From positions 1 to 64,000 of the forward strand of contig JBHLSH010000002.1 in NCBI GenBank assembly GCA_048881705.1: a stretch of DNA of 64,000 nt, in the 5' to 3' direction. This DNA is from Candidatus Heimdallarchaeota archaeon (GTDB lineage Archaea > Asgardarchaeota > Heimdallarchaeia > Hodarchaeales > Hodarchaeaceae). Positions 19,257-28,624 of the stretch are shown here, piece by piece; position 1 is the stretch's first letter; each line of letters opens with the position of its first letter. A program made the translations under genes and the position numbers. The notes below the pieces were generated by a model. The model was given only the letters and a program-made list of their open reading frames with translations. It ran no database searches and was not told the DNA's origin.

Positions 19257-21584
19257 TCATTGTGCCTTTGTCGTTGAAGTTAGGAGTTCTCTAACTAGCT
19301 TATTTAAGACATTGTACTCATGAGTAAGATCAGAGATTATTAGCTTTTGAACTACCAGTTTTTTCCATTTCACTTCTTTAATGGAATTGAATGGCTTTTG
19401 TTTACCTTTAGTATTCATATATTCCTTTTTTCGCCATTCAAATGCAATTTTTCTAGCTTTTAATTCCATTTCACTTCCTAGCTTTTGAATTGCCGCATGT
19501 AATCCGTCTTCAGAATCGTAAATCGGGATATTGATTTCCCATGGGCGTTTGTGAAGGTTTCGAACTCCGCCGCCAGCGCCTTCCGATGAACGTATTCGAA
19601 CATCTTCTGCCACGCAGGGTGCATTAAGTATTCCCAAGAGATAGTGCCCTTCCTCTATTGTCGGTACTGGGACATAATAGAGTGATACATCTATAATTGT
19701 GCCTGGTTTTCTGATAAGCGCGGCCTTAACAAAACCTGCACTCGCAGGAGTAACCACTTTTAATGGAGCTAACTGGTCTGAGTGGGTTAGCTTCTTTCGA
19801 AAATTCAAATTCTCCCAGAGTTCTTTAGGCTTTTTTCCTTGCAGCTGTCGGGTTTTATAGATGGAGGCTAATTGTTCGTAATGTTTTCGTGCCTTTAGAT
19901 TTGGGACTTTGGCGGAAGTTCCATCGAAATCCAAGAAGGTGTCGAAGGTTATAGGTAAGAACACGGGGGTCCTGTCCAATATCACGAAAGGAACGGAGAC
20001 GTCAGATTTTACTGTGTAAAATATGTGGTCTGGTTCTACGATAGCTTTGTCAAACGGACGAAAATTCCAGGGCATTTTGACATGATTCTGTACCTTTGGT
20101 TCGATATGTACCAAATTTCGGGTTTGGTTCAGGATATTGACAAAGATCAATGACCGAGGGTAAAGATCAGCACCTTTGCGACAATGGGCGAAGTAGTAGT
20201 TCTTTTTACTAATTAAACGAGGTAGAAGATTTTTGTGGGAGGAAACAGGTATTAATTTCTCTGCTCCTTTCCGTATCCCATCCAATCGTCTGAGAATTTT
20301 GATTGGAGTGTATTCCTCGTTTTTACTTTCGATGAATTCGATCGATCTATCTTTACTAAGAACATCATAGTGAGTTACGATGACAGAAGGGTATTTGACA
20401 CGAGAGGCATTAATGTTCTTTCTAGCGATAAAACAGATATTATGAATTCTAAAAAGATCCCTGGAAAATCTCCATATGCGAATATGATCCATATTAAGAA
20501 AAGATCTCGTTCCATTATGTTGACTCCCGTTTATTATTGCATTACTGATTAAGAAGGCAACGATCCCACCATCTCGCAATGAGTGAGCTATCGATTGATA
20601 GAGAAAAAGAGCGGACACCTCGATGTTTGGTAAATTCCTCGCGCGAGGAAGTAACCCGAAATGACGTGCCAAGTTTCTAAGACTTGCTTTGTAGCTAGAA
20701 GAACGAATTCCACTTAACACTACCCATGGAGGATTTCCAATTACGAGATCGAACTTCTCATTGCCCATATGTTTGGTTGAAGGGAAATCAGTGCTGGTTT
20801 TGTGCAGAGAAAAGAAATTAGAAACATCGTTCGGAAATAAAAAGTTATCCCAGACCACATTGTCTGTTAAAGATTGTGAGGTTGTCCTAACCGTGTGAAG
20901 CGTGAGATTGGCCCTGGTAGTAAAAACTGCAATTGGATTAATGTCCATTCCAAATAAATTCTGAAGTGCAGTATCTTGTTTTTTGGGAGTCAATCGAGAA
21001 TTCAATATCTTGTTTACCAAGGCAAGCAAAAAGGTTCCACTACCACAGGATGGATCTAATACGCGTGCACCTGGCGTGTATGTCTCTTTCACGACCTTTT
21101 CCGCTAAGGAAAATGGTGTATAGTATTCTCCAAGCATTAATCGTGTATTAGGAGAGATTAGTTCCTCATAAAGTCGGTTAAAGATGTCCCCAACATTAAT
21201 TTTTACCCCTCTAAGGAAGGTAGCTATACGTTGCTCGATTTCCTTAATTTTTTGGGCCCACACGGAGAAATCTAACGGAATTAATGAAAAATCTTGACGA
21301 ATGAGGTGGGAGACAACATTCTTCACTATGAGAATGAAGTAAATGTGTTGAATAAAAAGATCAATTGTGAGAAACTGTTCTGGATAGATTTCCATGAATA
21401 AGTTTTTCCAGTTTTCATATACTTCGTTCAATTCAGTTTTGTGCTTTTTATAGTGCTCAAATAATGTTTCCTGTGCCCATTCTTTGAATGGAGAACCCTC
21501 TCCAAAGAATTTATTCATGGTTTGAGAATTGAGAAGTCTTGCCGTTTTATGGGAGACGATCAGTCCTACTCTCCATTCTAGCAC
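19257..21584 (-). CDS. N6-adenine DNA methyltransferase (gamma-type, Eco57I/type IIG-like MTase+TRD, no evident nuclease domain)
   Basis: GEYYTP, VLDPSCGSGTFL, GMDINP, DLVIGNPPW, followed by a long C-terminal target-recognition region. Confidence 0.88.
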   Translation of the reverse strand: MLEWRVGLIVSHKTARLLNSQTMNKFFGEGSPFKEWAQETLFEHYKKHKTELNEVYENWKNLFMEIYPEQFLTIDLFIQHIYFILIVKNVVSHLIRQDFSLIPLDFSVWAQKIKEIEQRIATFLRGVKINVGDIFNRLYEELISPNTRLMLGEYYTPFSLAEKVVKETYTPGARVLDPSCGSGTFLLALVNKILNSRLTPKKQDTALQNLFGMDINPIAVFTTRANLTLHTVRTTSQSLTDNVVWDNFLFPNDVSNFFSLHKTSTDFPSTKHMGNEKFDLVIGNPPWVVLSGIRSSSYKASLRNLARHFGLLPRARNLPNIEVSALFLYQSIAHSLRDGGIVAFLISNAIINGSQHNGTRSFLNMDHIRIWRFSRDLFRIHNICFIARKNINASRVKYPSVIVTHYDVLSKDRSIEFIESKNEEYTPIKILRRLDGIRKGAEKLIPVSSHKNLLPRLISKKNYYFAHCRKGADLYPRSLIFVNILNQTRNLVHIEPKVQNHVKMPWNFRPFDKAIVEPDHIFYTVKSDVSVPFVILDRTPVFLPITFDTFLDFDGTSAKVPNLKARKHYEQLASIYKTRQLQGKKPKELWENLNFRKKLTHSDQLAPLKVVTPASAGFVKAALIRKPGTIIDVSLYYVPVPTIEEGHYLLGILNAPCVAEDVRIRSSEGAGGGVRNLHKRPWEINIPIYDSEDGLHAAIQKLGSEMELKARKIAFEWRKKEYMNTKGKQKPFNSIKEVKWKKLVVQKLIISDLTHEYNVLNKLVRELLTSTTKAQ

Positions 21585-21729
21585 AAATAGCCCTATCGAT
21601 AATGGTGGTATCCTCTTTATGTTTCGCTGTGCAAACCTTGCAACGCAAAGTAGGATGTGTTAGACCTTAATTCAGCCAAGAAAAAGTTTTAAGCCAAATT
21701 TGCCTACGTAAAACTACGGAGCCAACTTC

Positions 21730-23037
21730 TTGACCCTTGATAAATATTTAGGACTCGAGCCATCCTTTGGTTTTATCGAAAAAGAATTATATTCTCGATA
21801 TCAAACCATATGGCGAGACCTCTTATCTGGGCGATTAATTGACACTTTTGATTTGGAATTTAAGAAAAGATTTGCTACTGAACGTTATTCTCAAGAGTTC
21901 TATAATTCAAATTGTAGAAGAACCCTTCCAAACGCTCTTAAGCATTTGGAGAGCGTGGGATGGCGAAATGAACCATACGATAAGCAACATTGGGGGAATT
22001 GGTTGCACTCCTTATCGCCATATCAGGGCAGAATTACGCCGTCGTTTGCTCATTGGCTGGTCAAAATCTTCTCCAAACCTAATGATACCGTATTGGATCC
22101 TTTTATGGGGGTCGGAACAATTCTCCTTGAAGCAGATTTTCTTAAAAGGAAGGCCTTTGGAGTCGATCTGAATAGGTATGCCTGGGTGGTAACAAAGGGT
22201 AAATTCGAACGAAAATCCCTTCAGTATTATCTGGATTATCTAACGGATTTAAAGGATCTCAATACATCTGACATAGATCTTGGAGAAATACCCGATTGGA
22301 TTCAGGCCTATTATGATCCCGAAACACTAAAAGAGATTGTGAAGTTAAATGCTCTTCTCCAAGCCGATGAAGAATGGTTTCTTCTAGGCTGTTTAATGGG
22401 TATTTTACACGGTAATAGACCGGGGTATCTGTCTGTCTATACGGGGTGTATTATCCCAATGACTCCGAGACCAGTTACGCATCCAAAATATCGTCCTGAC
22501 AAAGACAAACCCGAATATCGGGCGGTAATTCCCCGGATGGCTGCAAAAGTAATGAGGATGTTTTCTACCGGAATTCCCTCTCATAGTCGAGCTAGAATTT
22601 ACCATGGGGATGCTCGGGCACTTCCTCTCGAAACTGACTCGGTCAACGTTGTCATCTCTAGTCCTCCCTACTATAATACCCTTGATTATGTTGGCCAAAA
22701 CCGAGTTAGATTATATTTTCTTGGATTTGATAGAAACGCTCAGCTTGAGCTGAAAAAGTCTCATATCCAGGATTCCAAGACCTATCTTTTAGAAATGGCC
22801 AAAGTAGGTAAAGAACTCCAACGAGTACTACTTCCTAAGGGCTTACTTGTTTATGTCTTAGGGGACGTACATCGTACAAAGTCCTCCATTAATACTGCAA
22901 TGAGGGTCTCGGAGGTGTATGAAAACCTTGGATTCAAGCAGCTCTCTATCGTAGATGATGAAATTCCGCTAAACAAGGTCGCTAGTCGATCTAGAAGGAA
23001 GAAATTCGATCGGGTTCTAGTTCTCAAGAATCCATAA
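21730..23037 (+). CDS. DNA methyltransferase, probably N4-cytosine (motif I before motif IV)
   Basis: SAM-binding motif VLDPFMGVGT precedes catalytic SSPPYY. Confidence 0.85.
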   Translation: MTLDKYLGLEPSFGFIEKELYSRYQTIWRDLLSGRLIDTFDLEFKKRFATERYSQEFYNSNCRRTLPNALKHLESVGWRNEPYDKQHWGNWLHSLSPYQGRITPSFAHWLVKIFSKPNDTVLDPFMGVGTILLEADFLKRKAFGVDLNRYAWVVTKGKFERKSLQYYLDYLTDLKDLNTSDIDLGEIPDWIQAYYDPETLKEIVKLNALLQADEEWFLLGCLMGILHGNRPGYLSVYTGCIIPMTPRPVTHPKYRPDKDKPEYRAVIPRMAAKVMRMFSTGIPSHSRARIYHGDARALPLETDSVNVVISSPPYYNTLDYVGQNRVRLYFLGFDRNAQLELKKSHIQDSKTYLLEMAKVGKELQRVLLPKGLLVYVLGDVHRTKSSINTAMRVSEVYENLGFKQLSIVDDEIPLNKVASRSRRKKFDRVLVLKNP

Positions 23038-23129
23038 GATCAGAAATTTGGCGCTCTCTTTATTTTGGTTCAAGGAAATTTGCCGTTATAAAAACTTTAA
23101 AATCGTGACCATCGTGCTAATCTTTAATT

Positions 23130-23582
23130 ATGACAGAAAAAGATACAGACAGGCTATTAATGGAGATAAACACGGAATTAGCTGCCAAGATTGATGTTCT
23201 AATTGAGAAAGAATATTATCCGAGTCGAACGGAGTTCATCGAAAAAGCCATCGAAGCTCAATTAAATCTTCATGCCGAGACTTTTCAAGAACTTGAGACA
23301 CAACATAGCTTTGTTATAGGTTTCGTCAATTATTCACGAGCTGATCTAGAAAAAGTGGCTGGATTAGGAAAAAAGATTGATTTGAAGATCATTGGGAGGC
23401 TCTCCTTTTCGAATGATGTGACTCCTGAACTGATCGAGCGTACCATTTCAGAGATTCATATGACTGGCATTTTAAAGGCACCTAAAACACTTTTACCGCA
23501 TCTTAATGCAATAAGATACTCCATTTTGGGAAATAAATTTGATTCCAGGAAAGAGATTGAATCCCACAACCAGGAGGATTAA
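23130..23582 (+). CDS. Ribbon-helix-helix (CopG/MetJ-like) transcriptional regulator with C-terminal alpha/beta domain
   Basis: N-terminal pattern RLLMEINTELAAKIDVLIEKEYYPSRTEFIEKAIEAQL. Confidence 0.75.
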   Translation: MTEKDTDRLLMEINTELAAKIDVLIEKEYYPSRTEFIEKAIEAQLNLHAETFQELETQHSFVIGFVNYSRADLEKVAGLGKKIDLKIIGRLSFSNDVTPELIERTISEIHMTGILKAPKTLLPHLNAIRYSILGNKFDSRKEIESHNQED

Positions 23583-23661
23583 ACGGGGGGCCAGAATAGG
23601 ATTTTTCAACGGGAACGGCCGAATGGTTTCTAAAATGACTGCTGTTTTGAAAGAATTTCGG

Positions 23662-24939
23662 TCACAAGAAGTGGTTTCGAAGTTTAATCCCTGAAGAGCT
23701 CTTATGGAAGAAGATTAAAAAGAAGAATCCGATTACTGAGCAAAAACAAGCGGTTGCAAAAATTAGGAAATACTGAGTCGGATCGATAACTCGAAGTTGG
23801 CCAGCAAGGACGGGGCCGAGAGCTCCAAAAAGATGGGCCGTAAGCATGACCCAACCGAAACCCACTCCACGTTGTTTCGTCTGTTTGGCAACCAATGAAT
23901 TTGTAGAGGGCCAGAAAAAAGCAAGCAAAATTCCAAGTAAGAGATAGAGGGCCAATAGAAGCGTACGATCAGTGAAAACGTATATTCCGGCAAGGATTAT
24001 AACTTGTAACAAGGCTAGAGCAACAAGAACAACTTTTTCACCATATCTGTCCGCAAAAAAACCACCACTGATTTCTCCGAAGGCCCCCACAAGGGTAGAG
24101 AGTCCAACAAAAAGCGCCGCTGTCCCCACCTCAAAATTCTTCACCTCGGCCAGGTACGGAGATAATATGAAGTTAACTATACCTCGAGTGATGGAAATAG
24201 AAATAATAAATCCAAAAAGAAGCACCAGCGTTAACGGAAATCGTGGGATTGATGGGCCCTTAAATTGGTCAACAGGATTTGTTGAGAGGGGATTGGAATG
24301 ATCTTTGGTGTCTGAAGAACCTGGAAGAGCTTCATGTCTGCCAACAAGAATCCAAAATGTGGAGGCTACAACAATCAGTGGTAAAACCCAGAACGAATAA
24401 ATTTGGCGCCATGTTAAAGGATTTATAAGGAAGTAGACGGATAAGGGGCCAATTGCGGCTCCTAAAGTTCCTCCAATGCCATGTGTTGCAAGGATTCTGA
24501 CGTATTTTGGAGAAATTTGTGCATTAGTCTCGTCCTCAAAAGCAGTAGTAACCCAAGAAAGCCCTGGAGGATGATAAAGCGCTAAAGCACACCCCAAAAG
24601 TCCTTGGGCCACCATCATCATTATATATGAGTCCCCCCACATCCCAATTGAAAAAGATCCCAGAGTTGCAAGGAATAAACTGAATAACATTAGTTTGCCC
24701 CGACGGTGACGATCTGCAAGGCGACCAAATAACGGAGAAGGCAAAGCAGCGGATGCGGCGGCAATAGTTCCCAAGAAACCCAAAGCTAACCAGCGATCGA
24801 CTCCAATCCCCGGAAACAAGTCATCACCGACCAATAAGACGATCACTGGGTATATGAAAAACGGAATTTCAACTGAACCGTGAATAATGAACGCACTGAA
24901 AAGGCTGAGATAACGTCCATTTCGATTGCTTAATTCCAT
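23662..24939 (-). CDS. MFS transporter
   Basis: GRLADRHRR and GFFADRYGEK motif A copies; about 12 TM. Confidence 0.9.
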   Translation of the reverse strand: MELSNRNGRYLSLFSAFIIHGSVEIPFFIYPVIVLLVGDDLFPGIGVDRWLALGFLGTIAAASAALPSPLFGRLADRHRRGKLMLFSLFLATLGSFSIGMWGDSYIMMMVAQGLLGCALALYHPPGLSWVTTAFEDETNAQISPKYVRILATHGIGGTLGAAIGPLSVYFLINPLTWRQIYSFWVLPLIVVASTFWILVGRHEALPGSSDTKDHSNPLSTNPVDQFKGPSIPRFPLTLVLLFGFIISISITRGIVNFILSPYLAEVKNFEVGTAALFVGLSTLVGAFGEISGGFFADRYGEKVVLVALALLQVIILAGIYVFTDRTLLLALYLLLGILLAFFWPSTNSLVAKQTKQRGVGFGWVMLTAHLFGALGPVLAGQLRVIDPTQYFLIFATACFCSVIGFFFLIFFHKSSSGIKLRNHFL

Positions 24940-25078
24940 TATGCAAAAGCCACGAAATAGGCTGATTTAAAAGGTACCCTTTAAAAAATGGTCTTTTCAA
25001 CTTACTTACAAATTGAAACATGGAAGACTGAGATGCCAGTCTTCGTGACAAGAGTTTAACAATTGGTAGGTGTGAATA

Positions 25079-25354
25079 ATGTCAGTCTTAGAATTTTTAA
25101 CCGATCCCGTGGAAGAATTTCCCGTGAGTAAGAATATCAAAGTTATAGGGGGAAAACGCTTAGCTAAGACATCCACTTGGCTTAAAGCGGTATGTCTGGT
25201 TGAAACAGGAGGTAAACACCAAATCAGACTGTATGGATGGCAAAAAAATAAAGAAGGCGAGTATAAGGTGAGACAAAAGTTCAACATCTCCAAGGGGTAT
25301 GCCAATAAATTAAGCATTATCTTTAAGGCCTTTAGCGAGTTTGAATCTGAGTGA
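25079..25354 (+). CDS. Small basic protein, putative PC4/Sub1-like ssDNA-binding fold
   Basis: GKHQIRLYGWQKNKEGEYKVRQKFNIS resembles the PC4 core [27 protein letters not shown]; followed by a C-terminal helix. Confidence 0.55.
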   Translation: MSVLEFLTDPVEEFPVSKNIKVIGGKRLAKTSTWLKAVCLVETGGKHQIRLYGWQKNKEGEYKVRQKFNISKGYANKLSIIFKAFSEFESE

Positions 25355-25536
25355 GAAATCGCTCCAGCTACTCAGAATTAACCCCATGATGGTTAAACTA
25401 TTGTAAATGTCTGGTTTTGAATAAATTGAAGTCTTTATGCAATTGTACTGTACAATAGTTGAATTGAAGTGAAAAAGTAATCTCCTTCTCTCCAAGCGCT
25501 AGTTTTTTATCTGGGAGTATTCATTACAGGGGCATC

Positions 25537-26574
25537 ATGACCATCAAGACTCCAATCACAGAAATGTTAGGTATCCGCCACCCTATCCTTGCGGCTCCCA
25601 TGGGTCCCTTCTATACAACAGCACTAACGATTGGTGTATCGGAGGCGGGAGGACTGGGAGTACTCTCTCACACAGGTTTAATAGCCAGGAACCCCGTTGA
25701 GGAAATGAAAAAAAACATGCTTTCAGTGGTCGAACATACGGATAAACCGTTCGGCTTCAACATTAGAACTAGCAGGATGGAACCTGCATCCGATTCACTA
25801 TGTCGCGAAATACCCAAATTCATTATGGAACACGAGAAAATCAAGGATCAATGCATATATGCTTTAACTAGCGCTGGATCGGCCAAGTCTTTGCCGGTCT
25901 CTAAATCATTTCAAGATCTGAAAGACAGTGGTTCTCCTATAAAACATTTCCACGTGGCACCCGCTCTTTGGCTCGCCGATAAGTGTGTCCAATCAGGTGT
26001 AGATGGTATCGTGGTGACAGGAAATGAAGGGGGTGGTCATCAATCTTATGAAAAAGTAAGTACTTTGGTTCTACTTCAACAAATACAGGAGAAATACCCA
26101 GACCTTCCTAAAATCGCATGTGGTGGTTTTGCCACTGGTTATGGTCTTGCTGCTGCTCTAGCCAGCGGTGCAGGTGCTATTGCAATGGGATCAAGGTTTA
26201 TTGCTTCAAAGGAATCCGAATTTCATCAGAAATATAAGGAGGTTATCCCTCCTGCTCGTTCTCAAGATACTACGATGGTAACAGGATTTCTGGGGCCTGT
26301 ACGTCTATGGAAAAATAAATATGCCGATCACATGTCCCTCATTAGAAGTAAAGAAGAGAAGATAGCCAAGGAGAAAATGTTGACACAGGATGAAATTATT
26401 GAAACAGCACGTGCTTATGAGTTAGCCTATGAGGGTAATGTAGAAGATGGTGCTGTCCTACTAGGACAATCGATCGGATTGATTAACCAAATAGAATCGG
26501 TTTCAGACATTATAGAACGAATTGTTGACGAAGCGTCAGTGGCTTTAAGTAACAGCAATCATTATATCCAATAG
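25537..26574 (+). CDS. Nitronate monooxygenase / FabK-like FMN-dependent oxidoreductase
   Basis: KTPITEMLGIRHPILAAPMG, VSEAGGLG, GNEGGGH, ACGG, GAIAMGSRF, GQSIGLI. Confidence 0.9.
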   Translation: MTIKTPITEMLGIRHPILAAPMGPFYTTALTIGVSEAGGLGVLSHTGLIARNPVEEMKKNMLSVVEHTDKPFGFNIRTSRMEPASDSLCREIPKFIMEHEKIKDQCIYALTSAGSAKSLPVSKSFQDLKDSGSPIKHFHVAPALWLADKCVQSGVDGIVVTGNEGGGHQSYEKVSTLVLLQQIQEKYPDLPKIACGGFATGYGLAAALASGAGAIAMGSRFIASKESEFHQKYKEVIPPARSQDTTMVTGFLGPVRLWKNKYADHMSLIRSKEEKIAKEKMLTQDEIIETARAYELAYEGNVEDGAVLLGQSIGLINQIESVSDIIERIVDEASVALSNSNHYIQ

Positions 26575-26663
26575 AACAGAGCTGGCTTTCTGGCTAAATG
26601 AGGGGAAACGTTTTAATCTCTGACAATGATTGATAACGAGTTGGTTATTAGGAAGATCGTATC

Positions 26664-27239
26664 ATGGGACCGCTTAAACGTTGCGAATGGACGGGAACTG
26701 ACCCATTAATGATTGAGTACCACGATAAGGAGTGGGGGGTTCCTGTACACGATGATAAGGTATTATATGAGTTCCTAGTACTGGAGGGAGCCCAGGCTGG
26801 ATTAAGTTGGTCCACAATACTCAAGCGCCGTGAAGGATATCGGCACGCCTTTGAAGCATTTGATATCCAAAAAGTAGCTCAATTTGATGACAAAAACATC
26901 GAACGGCTTCAACAAGATTCAGGCATTATCCGAAATAAACTAAAGATAAAAAGCGCCATTATCAATGCCCAACGGTTTATCAAGGTTCAAGAAGAGTTCG
27001 GTTCGTTTGACAATTACCAGTGGGGATTCGTAGATCACCAACCCATACAAAATTCCTTTAAAACGCTTTCAGAAATTCCCGCAACCACAGAACTGGCAGA
27101 ACGGTTTAGTAAGGACTTAAAGAAACGAGGCTTTTCCTTTGTAGGCCCAACGATTTGTTATGCACACCTGCAAGCCACTGGGGTGGTGAACGATCATCTA
27201 ACCTATTGTTTTCGGTATCAAGAGATTATGAAAATATAG
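26664..27239 (+). CDS. tag: DNA-3-methyladenine glycosylase I
   Basis: RCEW, YHDKEWG, LEGAQAGLSW, IIRNKLKI, FVGPTICYAHLQATGVVNDHLTYC. Confidence 0.96.
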   Translation: MGPLKRCEWTGTDPLMIEYHDKEWGVPVHDDKVLYEFLVLEGAQAGLSWSTILKRREGYRHAFEAFDIQKVAQFDDKNIERLQQDSGIIRNKLKIKSAIINAQRFIKVQEEFGSFDNYQWGFVDHQPIQNSFKTLSEIPATTELAERFSKDLKKRGFSFVGPTICYAHLQATGVVNDHLTYCFRYQEIMKI

Positions 27240-27252
27240 ATATTGCGGAATA

Positions 27253-27864
27253 TCATCTGACTGTCCGTGAACCAAAATAGTATCCTATGGCGAGTTCCAA
27301 AACTTGATTGAACATAGTTAATTGCCCTGAGTTCATTGAAATGATCACGGATGCAATGTTTATTCCACATACACCGATTACCACCAGGAGAATTACGCCT
27401 GCTTGAAAGTGTTCGAGAATTTCCTTTACTTGGCCTTTTTGACCGGTTTCGGGAGGAAAGATTTTAATTACTATTTTTTTGATAATCACGCCCAGAATGA
27501 ATCCAAAAATCGTTAATATCACTGTGATCATGAAGATAGGGATTTCTTGTTGCTTAAGGAATGTGATAGCAACACTTAAGATCACTATGATCGCTAAGGT
27601 TGCGCGTACAGTTCGAGTGGGGAGGAAAAGAGGTGGGGGAGACTCTAAATCAGTTAGATTAGACCTTTCTGTGAAGAGGGGAGTGCTGGCTCGAGTACTA
27701 TAGTAAAATGCTACTGAAACGATCAATACATTTCCGAGCGCTCGAGGTATCTGTTCCTTGGCCGCTAACACCATAAATAATGTTGTAAGCGCGACGGTTA
27801 TAGTAAGTAGAGCTCGAATACTTCCTTTGGGTAGCCATAAAGGATTTGCCATCAACCCACCCAA
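27253..27864 (-). CDS. Membrane protein with internally repeated PLxLPxxSxRA units
   Basis: NPLWLPKGSIRALL and PPLFLPTRTVRATL each precede two TM helices; the C-terminus ends LAIGYYFGSR. Confidence 0.75.
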   Translation of the reverse strand: MGGLMANPLWLPKGSIRALLTITVALTTLFMVLAAKEQIPRALGNVLIVSVAFYYSTRASTPLFTERSNLTDLESPPPLFLPTRTVRATLAIIVILSVAITFLKQQEIPIFMITVILTIFGFILGVIIKKIVIKIFPPETGQKGQVKEILEHFQAGVILLVVIGVCGINIASVIISMNSGQLTMFNQVLELAIGYYFGSRTVR

Positions 27865-28098
27865 TTTTCTTTATGCCTTGATATATTGCCTACCTCCCAT
27901 TCTACATTTTCCGAATGGTTATCTAAATTGGATAAAGTGACATTTTTGAAATACGTACTTGAAAGGTGTTACAGGATCAATTTCAGGCCAGAATTGTCTT
28001 CAGGTCGTCAGTTAAATGCGATATACTTGAGATAGATGCCTATGTTCAGGCAGAAATCCCAGAAGATATTGTGAAAACGTCCGGTAGGTTCAATCAGG

Positions 28099-28500
28099 TT
28101 AAACTTCTTTTTCCAAATGTGCAAATAACTCATGAATATTGCCATCGGGGTCTGCAAAAAAAGCGGTTCGCTGATTCCATGGCATATTCTCTGGTTCCTT
28201 AACAGGTATCGCTCCTTTCTTAGTAATATCATCATAAACTATGTCAACCTCTTCTGGGGAGTCCAAAATAAATGCTAATTCAAAAGATTGACCACGACGA
28301 CCCTCGGAGTAACTTTGGTGTTTTGTGGCTTCTTTCATTACTGATCTGGTTGTCAATGCAAATCTCACAGTTTCAGCATGAAACTCCACATACTGTTCCA
28401 ATTGTAATTGGATCTGAAATCCTAACACGTTTTTATAAAATTCCGTGGCTCCCTCTAGATCATCAGTAATTACCGATATAAGGTCTATTTTAGGTTTCAA
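28099..28500 (-). CDS. VOC/glyoxalase family protein
   Basis: IDLISVITDDLEGATEFY, FELAF, PENMPWNQRTAFFADPDGNIHEL. Probable TTG start at 28500 behind GAGGTG; the ORF is open to 28557. Confidence 0.92.
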   Translation of the reverse strand: MKPKIDLISVITDDLEGATEFYKNVLGFQIQLQLEQYVEFHAETVRFALTTRSVMKEATKHQSYSEGRRGQSFELAFILDSPEEVDIVYDDITKKGAIPVKEPENMPWNQRTAFFADPDGNIHELFAHLEKEV

Positions 28501-28624
28501 TAATTTTACACCTCTATCCTGTGGATTCCCATAACCGTTATTAGTGTCCCTACCCATAAGACGAAGTTTTCGTAAATCGGATTAATAATTCTGGATAATT
28601 TCCCAAAATTCTGATCTAGAATTC

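Noticed and set aside
10439-23582. polB + giant exported protein + two MTases as an integrated mobile element (casposon, pipolin or provirus)
   Set aside because: No integrase, Cas1, capsid or packaging gene and no terminal repeats seen; the PolB has cellular features (uracil-pocket motifs, PIP-like end) and no protein-priming signature
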